Virus record (IMG/VR): IMGVR_UViG_3300010938_000951
Location: 186,001 to 250,000 of that record
Strand: one strand, 5' to 3'
Length of the DNA stretch: 64,000 bases
Shown here: in pieces, positions 54,025 to 62,872 of the stretch
How the letters are laid out: each line of letters begins with the position of its first letter
Position numbering within the stretch: position 1 is the stretch's first letter
Program-made: the position numbers and the translations under genes
Notes under the pieces: generated by a model
The model's database searches: none
Told to the model about the DNA's origin: nothing
The model's input: the letters and a program-made list of their open reading frames with translations, nothing else

Positions 54025-55281
54025 ATGGATAAATTAGCTCAAAGTAAAAGACAAACGGGTCGTGGCTTTTTCAATAAATTGAGAGAGCAAGTTAATAGAC
54101 CAGGTGCCATTTTAGAAGGTATTTTCAAACCAGAGCTAGATAGAGTTATGAAATCTCTAGGCGAGCTAGATGACCGTGTTCGTTCTGAAATTACTGGTAC
54201 TAAAATTGGTAATGCTGAAGAGCCAGCTATTAAAATGTCTGGCAAAGACCTATTAAAGGAAGCTCGTAAAGCTTTTAATCGTCGAGAATATATGAGTGGA
54301 GTTTCTGATTTGGCTATGTTCCACAAGAAACTTCAAAATATGGCAAATGATATCGACAAGTTTTTTGTTGATGTTAATAAAATCCATCATAAATTTTTAT
54401 TCCAAGGAGTTGACGAAGAAAAGTTAAAGAGACTTCGTGAACATATGGAGCCAAAAGCGGCTTCTGTAATTGCAGACCAATTACTTAAAGAAGCTGGCCT
54501 TATTGATGAGATCGTTAATATTGTTTCTAGACGTGGTCGTGGTTTAGCTGCTTGGGAAAAGAAGTATCCAAAGGAAACTAAAGCATTACGTGAAGGTGGT
54601 TCTCGTTTGATTGATCAGGCAGAAGCTACTTTAGAGAGTGTTATTTCTGCTTTGAAAGAAATGGCTACAGCTCGCGCCATTCGCAGACCAGATGATTATA
54701 TGGATGCAGCCGCTAAAATTAAAGCAGCTTTTAATAAGTTTGATTCCGGCGATAAAGGATTTAGATCGTTTTATCAAAATGCAGTAATGCCTTGGATGAA
54801 AATTAAAGATGAAATTGAAAAGCAACAACAAGCTCAACAGCCAACCGTACCAACTACCACCGGGCCAAAACCAGGACAAGTAGAATTGGGTGGGCAACCT
54901 CCAACACCACCAATGCCACCGCCTCCTCCAACCACTCCAGGCGGAACACCTGCTCCTGTGCCGGCACAATCTCCTCCAGCAACACCTCCATCCAAGCCAG
55001 TTTTACAATTAATGCCAGAAGAGGATGAAGCCGCTCCAGATACTGAAAAGACGCCACCACCTCCACCAGAACCTCCTGTTAAAGTTCGTGTTGCGCCTTC
55101 AGTTAATCCTCCAAAGGTTAGAGTTGCTCATTCTAGTTTTTATAAATCATTAGAGGCAATGAGTAATGAAGATCCTCGTATTGTCTGCGCATATGTTACC
55201 AAGTATGCTAAATCTATTCAAGGAGATGATCCAGAAACAGCTATTAAATTGTTTTCTATTGTTAAGCAAATAAAGGGCTAA
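54025..55281 (+). CDS. hypothetical helical protein with Pro-rich linker (putative internal head protein)
   Basis: MDKLAQ, LKEAG and RVAHS borders. Confidence 0.8.
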   Translation: MDKLAQSKRQTGRGFFNKLREQVNRPGAILEGIFKPELDRVMKSLGELDDRVRSEITGTKIGNAEEPAIKMSGKDLLKEARKAFNRREYMSGVSDLAMFHKKLQNMANDIDKFFVDVNKIHHKFLFQGVDEEKLKRLREHMEPKAASVIADQLLKEAGLIDEIVNIVSRRGRGLAAWEKKYPKETKALREGGSRLIDQAEATLESVISALKEMATARAIRRPDDYMDAAAKIKAAFNKFDSGDKGFRSFYQNAVMPWMKIKDEIEKQQQAQQPTVPTTTGPKPGQVELGGQPPTPPMPPPPPTTPGGTPAPVPAQSPPATPPSKPVLQLMPEEDEAAPDTEKTPPPPPEPPVKVRVAPSVNPPKVRVAHSSFYKSLEAMSNEDPRIVCAYVTKYAKSIQGDDPETAIKLFSIVKQIKG

Positions 55282-55285
55282 AAAT

Positions 55286-56305
55286 ATGGGAAAACAGGTG
55301 CCAAAGACAAATACACCAGTCTCAGACGCACAAATGGCACAGGCAATTGTAAATGTCTGGCAGCGTTTGTTTGGCACAGCTCCGTCTAAAGAGCAGGTGT
55401 ATATGATTATGGCACAAAACGCTATTGAAACTGGTCGTGATAGAAAATCTATGCACAATTATAATGTTGGCAATATTATAGTTGGAACTACCGATCATGA
55501 TTATTTTCTTGGCGGAGATTGGATGTATGCCGACAAAGCGCAAACCGTAAAAAAACCAATCACTCAAAAATTTCGCGCCTACAATACCCTAGAGGAAGGT
55601 GTATCTGATTATCTTAATTTGTTAAGTAAAAGTAGAAGATATGCAACAGCTTGGCAGCATATTTTACATCCAGATATTCGTGCTTATTCTAAAGCACTTC
55701 ATGATGCTGGATATTATGGAGCCAAGGAAGAAGATTACACAAAAGGACTGCTCGGACAATTTAAAAGTTTCGATAAAGGTAATTCTTACTCGGTTGCTAT
55801 GTCTGGTAGCCGTAATCAACCATCTACAATGGTTGCTAAACAGGAAACGCAAGATATGGGCGAGTTAAATCAAGTTATACAAAATCTAATGAATGAGTTT
55901 AGATTATCTGCCACCAATTATAATTTGAAAAAATTATATAAAGCAGCTTTACCTACTCATAATATACTGATTACAATCAAAGCTAGCGATCGTGTTAGTG
56001 CAATTGAATTCTCTCAAGTTCTTTGTGCCGCTTTGGATGAAGATTTACTTTCTACTTCATATCCTCATACTGATGGCAATGAAGTAGAAGTAGAATGTTC
56101 CATTTCTGGCCCTGAGCAAGAATGTTTTGCGGCCGTTAAACAAATGACAGAAGCTGTTGCTGAAACATTTAAAGATGCTACAACGAAAATTGGTGGAATT
56201 ACTGTTAAAACACAGTTAATTATGAATAAAAAATCATCTTATCAACCCATCAGTCCTAGAAGCGCTGATACTAACCACAGGAATTTCCTGCTTAAATTCA
56301 TTTGA
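55286..56305 (+). CDS. GH73 glucosaminidase-like peptidoglycan hydrolase fused to an unknown C-terminal domain
   Basis: AQNAIETG, YNVGNI, FRAY.TLEEG..DY..LL...RY and AL..AGYY. Confidence 0.82.
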   Translation: MGKQVPKTNTPVSDAQMAQAIVNVWQRLFGTAPSKEQVYMIMAQNAIETGRDRKSMHNYNVGNIIVGTTDHDYFLGGDWMYADKAQTVKKPITQKFRAYNTLEEGVSDYLNLLSKSRRYATAWQHILHPDIRAYSKALHDAGYYGAKEEDYTKGLLGQFKSFDKGNSYSVAMSGSRNQPSTMVAKQETQDMGELNQVIQNLMNEFRLSATNYNLKKLYKAALPTHNILITIKASDRVSAIEFSQVLCAALDEDLLSTSYPHTDGNEVEVECSISGPEQECFAAVKQMTEAVAETFKDATTKIGGITVKTQLIMNKKSSYQPISPRSADTNHRNFLLKFI

Positions 56306-56314
56306 GGAAACACA

Positions 56315-56710
56315 ATGCCAACTGAACAACAAATTTTGGATGCGGTGCAGAATCATCAAGGTTCAGGAAAGACTTTTGCTGAATTTCTAGCTGAAGTATT
56401 CAAGGACAAGTTCATTGAGATTTACGTTGGTGACTCTTATGAAGACGTCAGTACAGAACAAATTTCTACTACTTATCCTGCCGTATTTTGTGGAAAAGTA
56501 ATAGCTGCTTATCGAGAGTGTTTAATTATTAATTGCGCTTTTGTGACTAGGAATAAAACTCTAGCTCTTGGAAATATAATGTTTATTAATGAAAGAGCAA
56601 TAAGAGCACTTAATGAAATTGATGGTAATGGCACATTAGAAGAAATGATGCTTAGAAGTAAAGAGTCTTTAGAGATTAGAGAAAGATTTATACTTAACAA
56701 AACGAAGTGA
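56315..56710 (+). CDS. hypothetical beta-rich protein
   Basis: GAGGA SD; 131 aa. Confidence 0.7.
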   Translation: MPTEQQILDAVQNHQGSGKTFAEFLAEVFKDKFIEIYVGDSYEDVSTEQISTTYPAVFCGKVIAAYRECLIINCAFVTRNKTLALGNIMFINERAIRALNEIDGNGTLEEMMLRSKESLEIRERFILNKTK

Positions 56711-56713
56711 GCA

Positions 56714-57466
56714 ATGAGAAACCTAGATGATATTTTACAGCTTGCTAGCACTTATGAAGAACAGTGCATACAAGATTTGGTAAAAGTGGCGAAGATTCGT
56801 CAATTACCAGATGGTAAGTATCGTGTGCTTTCTCAAAAGGGCAAAGATTTAGGTACATATAAATCTAGAAAAGCTGCCGAAAAGCGTCTTCGTCAGGTAG
56901 AGTTTTTTAAACACTTAGACAAGTCTAAAGCTGATGATCAGGGCAATGCAATTGCTCCAATTGATTTAACTAGTGCTGATGAATTTAGTTACTCTGCTCT
57001 TATGAGAAAACTACGTCAAGAAGCCTCTCCAGAACAAGTTAGAGTATTTCTTACTATTTTTAAATCACAATTTGATAAAGCTGTCAAAAGTAAAGTTCAT
57101 AAACCAGAGAGAATAGCTTTACAAAATGCTATTATCAAGTTTCATAAGATACATCCAGTAAAACTTGATAAAAAGATGGTTAAATGTGCTGCTGTGGCTG
57201 AATTAGGAGATCCTGACAGTGTTGGTAGATATTTAGCTGATATTGTTAAATTCATGTTAGCTAGATTGCCACCTCAAAAGCGCCCAAGAGCAGCACAAGT
57301 ATTGAAACAAAAATTCACTGTAATGAGCGAGAATGCAATTGCAGGTAAAAACATGCCGCCAGCCGCTGTGTATGGTCAGGCAATTACTTTCGTTAAACAC
57401 GTTCTTTTCAACCAAGATGCCACATACATTAGAAATGTGTTGAATAGTTTGTCGAGGAACCTATGA
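56714..57466 (+). CDS. hypothetical protein with a basic domain of phage head-gene type
   Basis: KIRQLPDGKYRVLS.KGK.LGTY.S...A.KRLRQVEFFKH. Confidence 0.75.
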   Translation: MRNLDDILQLASTYEEQCIQDLVKVAKIRQLPDGKYRVLSQKGKDLGTYKSRKAAEKRLRQVEFFKHLDKSKADDQGNAIAPIDLTSADEFSYSALMRKLRQEASPEQVRVFLTIFKSQFDKAVKSKVHKPERIALQNAIIKFHKIHPVKLDKKMVKCAAVAELGDPDSVGRYLADIVKFMLARLPPQKRPRAAQVLKQKFTVMSENAIAGKNMPPAAVYGQAITFVKHVLFNQDATYIRNVLNSLSRNL

Positions 57467-58233
57467 TCAAAAGATTTCGCCCAGTAATTCCTGGGGTTTT
57501 GTATCGTGGGTCAGCTCCAACTCCACAAGATGTGTTAGAGTTAAAAGATAAACTAGGAATCAAAAAAATTGTCAGTTTAGATAAAAAAGCTGGTGAAGCT
57601 ATTTCTCGTGCTTGTAAAATGTTGGGTATTGATCAGGTAAAATTATATATTGAACATGATAGAAAAACACTTTACGATTTCCTGTCTCAAAATATGAGAA
57701 AATTATTTTTAGAAGACGGTCCTACATTTGTACATTGTCAAGAAGGAAAAGATCGAACAGGATTAGCTTGCGCAATGGTAAAGTGCAAATTTTTAGGAAT
57801 GAATCCAGAAAAAGCAATACAAGAAGCAAAATCACTAGGGTTTGGTATAGGTTTACCTCTTAATATAACGAATACTTACGAAAAGATAATACGTCATTGT
57901 AAGCCAGAGAAAGACACAAATAGTGCTGATATAGTGTCAAATGAAAGAGAATATAAGGGTGATAATCGCGACTCTTTTCTAGACGAAGCACATCAAGGAT
58001 CTTTTGCTCCTCACCTAGATCATACGCGCCAAAACCCAATGGACGCCGTCTACACTTATATAAATGATCAGTCGCCTACTCGTCAAAATTATCCAGATAC
58101 ATCATTATTTCGGTATGATCCTGAGAAGGGTGATGTAATTCCTAATGTTGGCGAATTTGATAATGATGCTGGACAAAGGGGATTCGGTCCAACAGAAAAC
58201 TACAATGGTTTCTTTTCAGAGGTAGGGCACTGA
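57463..58233 (+). CDS. Cys-dependent (dual-specificity/tyrosine) phosphatase with acidic tail
   Basis: LYRGSAP and HCQEGKDRTG (CX5R). Confidence 0.9.
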   Translation: MIKRFRPVIPGVLYRGSAPTPQDVLELKDKLGIKKIVSLDKKAGEAISRACKMLGIDQVKLYIEHDRKTLYDFLSQNMRKLFLEDGPTFVHCQEGKDRTGLACAMVKCKFLGMNPEKAIQEAKSLGFGIGLPLNITNTYEKIIRHCKPEKDTNSADIVSNEREYKGDNRDSFLDEAHQGSFAPHLDHTRQNPMDAVYTYINDQSPTRQNYPDTSLFRYDPEKGDVIPNVGEFDNDAGQRGFGPTENYNGFFSEVGH

Positions 58234-58896
58234 ATGATTAAAAAGTCTTATTCTGTACAAATGAGCTATGACGTGACTGATAGTGAAAGACATCAGGCAG
58301 AGAGAGCGCTTGTGTATTTTAAGGCCGCTGAAAAGTATTTGACACAAGCATCTGATCATTTGAACATTATGAAGACCCCTTTTAAAGATAATCCTGATAT
58401 GACACCAGATGATGTAATGAAAGCTCGTGCTGTTATTAGGCGTTTTCGTGATAAAGCCATTGAAAATTTTGATAGATTTAAGAAGGTCGCATTTGATTGT
58501 GTAAATTTAATGCAAACATTTTCTAGTGATACACAAACACTCAAATTGATGAAATCATTCATTTCATCAGTTGATGATTTAGAAGTTAGTGTTAATCAAT
58601 TTGCTGATTTATTTAATGATTTACAATCAAAGGATTTTGTCAAAGATGTAGTTTCTGCTATTGAATCTATTCAAAAACAGTGTGATGAGATTGATGAAAT
58701 CATTGATGAAAGAATAAAATCTCATATTCAAACAAATATCTTAGCTACTAGTTGGGTAGATTCAATTAGTAATGACTTGCAAATGAAAATAGAGAAGAAA
58801 ACCCCATTAATTGTGGATCTTTATAATCAAAGGCAAGAACAATTAAATGAAGCGGTGGAGGAAAGAAGCACAGGTTCAAGCCAAGAAAAATGGTAA
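58234..58896 (+). CDS. hypothetical helical-bundle protein
   Basis: 220 aa, all-helical pattern. Confidence 0.75.
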   Translation: MIKKSYSVQMSYDVTDSERHQAERALVYFKAAEKYLTQASDHLNIMKTPFKDNPDMTPDDVMKARAVIRRFRDKAIENFDRFKKVAFDCVNLMQTFSSDTQTLKLMKSFISSVDDLEVSVNQFADLFNDLQSKDFVKDVVSAIESIQKQCDEIDEIIDERIKSHIQTNILATSWVDSISNDLQMKIEKKTPLIVDLYNQRQEQLNEAVEERSTGSSQEKW

Positions 58897-58946
58897 TATC
58901 TCTGTATAATAGATAAAGTTTTCGGTTTTAAACCGGAAATTTGTAG

Positions 58947-58960
58947 CAATATTACATTAT
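58947..58960 (+). promoter_or_regulatory. motif B candidate promoter CAATATT-ACAT-TAT
   Basis: Upstream of the 58990 ORF and the protease gene. Confidence 0.55.
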
Positions 58961-58989
58961 ACCTGTGTGGTCTCCCATTTGGAGAGTTT

Positions 58990-59145
58990 ATGTTTATTAA
59001 ACACGGTGATGGAAAAATACTAAACGTTGTTGATAGCGAAGAATTAACTGAAGAACAAAAGAACGCTGTCAAGAAGGTTTCTAAAGAGTTCGTCAAGCAA
59101 TCTGACGAGTCAACTGATTCTTCTAAAAAGAAGTCAGGGAGCTAA
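58990..59145 (+). CDS. 51-aa small protein not in the ORF track (MFIKHGDGKILNVVDSEELTEEQKNAVKKVSKEFVKQSDESTDSSKKKSGS)
   Basis: GGAGAG SD; ends 5 nt before the protease ATG. Confidence 0.7.
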   Translation: MFIKHGDGKILNVVDSEELTEEQKNAVKKVSKEFVKQSDESTDSSKKKSGS

Positions 59146-59150
59146 TATAC

Positions 59151-62100
59151 ATGACCATTATTAAATTAGGCGAAGCTCACGAGATTAAATTGGAAAGCAT
59201 GGAATCATGTCTTCCAGAATTGAGTGCTGATGTCTTAGAGAACTTTAGGAAATTTGCTGCTAATCTAAAGAAGATTGCACCTAAAGCAGAAGACTTTCTT
59301 TATTTTTCTGCTGTCATGATGCATGCCGCAGAAGCATCTGCATTAAACGAAGATGGTACACCAAAATTAACACTTAAAGGTGAGCCAGTACAAGTTGGAT
59401 GGGATACTAGCGGAGGCACATGGAAGTGGATTAGCAATGATCCAAGTATTCGACCATATAAAAATTCTAATGGCGATATATTTCCAGAAGCCGAATTAAC
59501 CAAAGCTTATAAAAAATGGAAGCACAAGCCTCTTTGCGTGGATCATAAATCAAGTTCAGTAGACCACGTTAGAGGCTTTATTGTTGATACTTATTATGAT
59601 CGCAATCTCAAGAGAGTAATTGCATTATGTGCCTTAGATAAGGCCGGATTCCCTCAATTAGCCAGACAAGTAGCTACTGGCGTTTCAACTTGCGTATCAA
59701 TGGGTACAGCAGTTGGTAGGGCAATTTGCTACGATTGTGGTAGAGTCGCTCGTGCAGAGCAGGACTTCTGCAATCATATGAAAAACAAGACTTGCTACGG
59801 CGAAATCAACGTAGACCTTAATCCAATTGAGTTGTCTATCGTTGTAAATGGTGCTGATCCTAGAGCCAACATCAAAAACATCATCGCCGCAGCTAACACC
59901 ATGAATACGTACCTTGAAAATCGTGCTAAGGAACTAGAAAAACTTGCCGATCTCAAGTTTCATGCTACTATTGGTGTAGATGACCCACAAGGTCATGAGG
60001 GTGGCGGTTCTGCAACTTTCAATGTTCAAGCAAATGACATTGACAAGTTCAAAACTGATTTAGATGAAGCATTTAGGAAAGTTCAAGAGTTTAAAAACGT
60101 AAAAATTTCTGAACTAGATACTAATTCTTCAGCATCTAATCAATCGTCGGGTTCGATTGCCATGGATGAAGGCGCACCCACGGATTCTGGATTGGCTCTC
60201 CAAACTCCGCAAACTAACAGGTTTGCATCCGCAGATGTAGAGGCGGAATCATTGGCTGAGCTTCAGCAAGTTACTGCATCAATTGAAGCAACGTTAAGTC
60301 AAATGAAAAAGAGCTTGGATAAGTTAGCTAAAACTACTTCTACAAAAACACAAGAGGAAAATATGTCTGGATCAAAAGAAATTAATAAGCAAGCTTATTT
60401 CCAGGGCGGCGGTGGCGTAAATGAGCCAACTCCAGGTCAAGTTAAGTATCCAAAAGACGGACTCAATGAGCAGCTTCGTGAGAACGAGGATAAGCACATG
60501 GTGGGTCAGCCTCCTTTCCCTGAGGTAGGTCCAGTCGATGGTATGCACCCTTCACCAGCTTCGGCTGATCCTTCTGGGGAGTTAGAGCGTAAGAAGATGC
60601 TCGCTCGTGCAGAAGCAGAAGAGCGTGCTCTTAAGCGTAATGCCATTGTAAATATGGTTAAGGATACACTAAAGAACAAAGAAGCCTACTGGCAAGGTGG
60701 TGGCGGTGTTAACGAGCCAACTCCAGGTAAGGCAAAGTATCCAAAGGATAAACTAAACGAAGAACTTCGTGATTACGAAGATAAGCAGATGGTTGGTCAA
60801 CCACCATTCCCTGGCGTTGGTCCAGTTGATGGTTTGCATCCATCTCCATCTTCAGCAGATCCAAAAGACGAATTAAAGCGCAAGCAAATGCTCGCACGCG
60901 CACAACTACGTGCAAGATTCGTTAAGGCTGCAAATAATGATGGAACTCAAAACAAAGCAAAGAGCGCTTGGGAAGTATTCCTAGGTGATAAGCTATTGTT
61001 AACTGCTTCTGTTGATGAACTATCCGGAGGCAATACTGCAGTTCTATATGATTCAATTGCAACCAAAGAATTTGGTACTAAGTTAATTGAAAAAGTTAAG
61101 GTACAAGGCGCTGATGCTGTATCTAAACTAATCAAGAAGGCACAAGGCGCTCCTCCAGCTCCTCCTCCAGGTGACCCATCTAGCGCAGCTCCTCCAGCCG
61201 ATCCAGGCGCAGGCGCTCCAGATGCTGGTCCTCCAGCAGAAGATACGGGTGGTTCTGGCGATCCAAAGCAAACTGCCGTCGAACTTTCTGAAAAAGTAAG
61301 AGACCTAAGCTCTGATCTAGTCGAAGCTGTTCGTGCTTTAACTGGCGAACAAGCTGAGATGGGTGGTCCAGAAGCTGGTGGTGTTGGTGGTCCTGCTGGT
61401 GGTCCAATGGCCGCTGATGACCAAGATGCTCGTAAGAAGAAGGATGACAAAGAATCTACCGCTTCTGATAGCTTCAGTGCTAATACTCTTAACACTTTAA
61501 GAAAAGAACTTAATGGCGCACTAACTCATGCCATGAAAGAATCTATTGCGGAACTTGCTGAGCACAAGCAAGAACTAGATATGATTGCTGGTATGTATGA
61601 CAAGGGTGCTGTAACTCCATCTAACCAGGAGTTTGTGGGTACTATCGTAGAAGATGCATTAAATGAAGCTAAAACTGCCGTAGCAGATGGTTTCAAACTA
61701 ATGACAGCTTTTGTTAAGTATGCTCGTGGTACTAAGGCCATTGTCAAGCGTGCTGAAATTGAATCAGAATTGCAAGCACTAGCCGAAGGAGATACCGAAA
61801 TGAGCGACAAAGAAGATAGTCACTCCGCAGACGGCGGTGACTTGATGGGACTAATTAACGACACCAATGCAGATTTGGATGCCGTTCAAGAGATGATGGG
61901 TGATGACCAAAGCCACGAAGGCAGTTTAGATGAACTTCTAGACGAACCAGTAGGCGAAGAATCACTAGGAGGTCTTGAAGGAGAGGATCTACTAACAGGT
62001 TTGGCTGACGATAACGACCTTACTTTCGAACAAGGTGAGAAAGTTCCACCAGAGTTGGCCGGAAAGAAGTTAACTATGGCATCTTATGATGATAGAGCTG

Positions 62101-62846
62101 GTCGTGCAGCCCTCAGAGCCAAGTTGGCCGCTGATGCTCTCGGCAAGGAAGAGGATGGAGAAGTCCAAGATATGTCTAAACAAAAGTTTAGTGATATGTT
62201 AGACGCTTCTCAGAAGCACACTGATGGTCAAACTGAGTTGGATGTTAAACCATCTGATAGTCTTGGATTAGTTGAAACTGTTCAAGAAGTAAACAAGGCC
62301 ATGATGGATGTTGCTAAGGCTCCACCAAAGGTTCGTAAAGAAGCAGAAGTTATTCAGAGACTTGTTTCTGAAGGTAAGCTTGATCCAAAGGACGTAGATG
62401 CTCTAGCATCCTACGGATTAGATGGCGAAGCAGTTGCTTACTGGAAGAAGTATTATGGTGAAGTTGATGGCGGAAGTGAATTTGCTAGTGAATTGGTAAA
62501 GGAACACGTCAAGTCAGCAATGGAAGAAGAGCTTAACAAGTTCCGCGTCAAGTTAGCTCGCGCATACGAACTTACCTATGACATGGTTGATCGTGGACTA
62601 TGCCGTCATGACAGAGCAACTATCTCTGATCAAGTTGACCAAATTATGAAGTTTAATGATGATGCATTCGAATCTCTAAAGAAGGTTGTTGCCCGTCATG
62701 AACCAGGTGCCCTCCGCAAGGCAGCAGGTACCATTCCACAAGTTGGTCTTAGAGTTGATGGAGAATTCTCTCCAGCTCAAGCAGTAGAGGATGACTCTTA
62801 CGCCCAGTTGTCAGCCCTCTTTGGTAACAAAAAGGGTGTGTTCTAA
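59151..62846 (+). CDS. prohead maturation protease (HK97/assemblin-fold) fused to a long scaffold
   Basis: KPLCVDH..RGFIVD, VSMG, CYDC..CNH insertion and ELSIV..GADP.A; followed by acidic/helical repeats and a hydrophobic C-terminal tail. Confidence 0.82.
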   Translation: MTIIKLGEAHEIKLESMESCLPELSADVLENFRKFAANLKKIAPKAEDFLYFSAVMMHAAEASALNEDGTPKLTLKGEPVQVGWDTSGGTWKWISNDPSIRPYKNSNGDIFPEAELTKAYKKWKHKPLCVDHKSSSVDHVRGFIVDTYYDRNLKRVIALCALDKAGFPQLARQVATGVSTCVSMGTAVGRAICYDCGRVARAEQDFCNHMKNKTCYGEINVDLNPIELSIVVNGADPRANIKNIIAAANTMNTYLENRAKELEKLADLKFHATIGVDDPQGHEGGGSATFNVQANDIDKFKTDLDEAFRKVQEFKNVKISELDTNSSASNQSSGSIAMDEGAPTDSGLALQTPQTNRFASADVEAESLAELQQVTASIEATLSQMKKSLDKLAKTTSTKTQEENMSGSKEINKQAYFQGGGGVNEPTPGQVKYPKDGLNEQLRENEDKHMVGQPPFPEVGPVDGMHPSPASADPSGELERKKMLARAEAEERALKRNAIVNMVKDTLKNKEAYWQGGGGVNEPTPGKAKYPKDKLNEELRDYEDKQMVGQPPFPGVGPVDGLHPSPSSADPKDELKRKQMLARAQLRARFVKAANNDGTQNKAKSAWEVFLGDKLLLTASVDELSGGNTAVLYDSIATKEFGTKLIEKVKVQGADAVSKLIKKAQGAPPAPPPGDPSSAAPPADPGAGAPDAGPPAEDTGGSGDPKQTAVELSEKVRDLSSDLVEAVRALTGEQAEMGGPEAGGVGGPAGGPMAADDQDARKKKDDKESTASDSFSANTLNTLRKELNGALTHAMKESIAELAEHKQELDMIAGMYDKGAVTPSNQEFVGTIVEDALNEAKTAVADGFKLMTAFVKYARGTKAIVKRAEIESELQALAEGDTEMSDKEDSHSADGGDLMGLINDTNADLDAVQEMMGDDQSHEGSLDELLDEPVGEESLGGLEGEDLLTGLADDNDLTFEQGEKVPPELAGKKLTMASYDDRAGRAALRAKLAADALGKEEDGEVQDMSKQKFSDMLDASQKHTDGQTELDVKPSDSLGLVETVQEVNKAMMDVAKAPPKVRKEAEVIQRLVSEGKLDPKDVDALASYGLDGEAVAYWKKYYGEVDGGSEFASELVKEHVKSAMEEELNKFRVKLARAYELTYDMVDRGLCRHDRATISDQVDQIMKFNDDAFESLKKVVARHEPGALRKAAGTIPQVGLRVDGEFSPAQAVEDDSYAQLSALFGNKKGVF
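60384..60902 (+). repeat. two ~76-aa coding repeats with 97-aa (291-nt) period in the scaffold
   Basis: NK(Q/E)AY(F/W)QGGGGVNEPTPG..KYPKD.LNE.LR..EDK.MVGQPPFP.VGPVDG.HPSP.SADP..EL.RK.MLARA. Confidence 0.95.
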
Positions 62847-62872
62847 AGCTTAAACCTAGAACGAGGATACAA

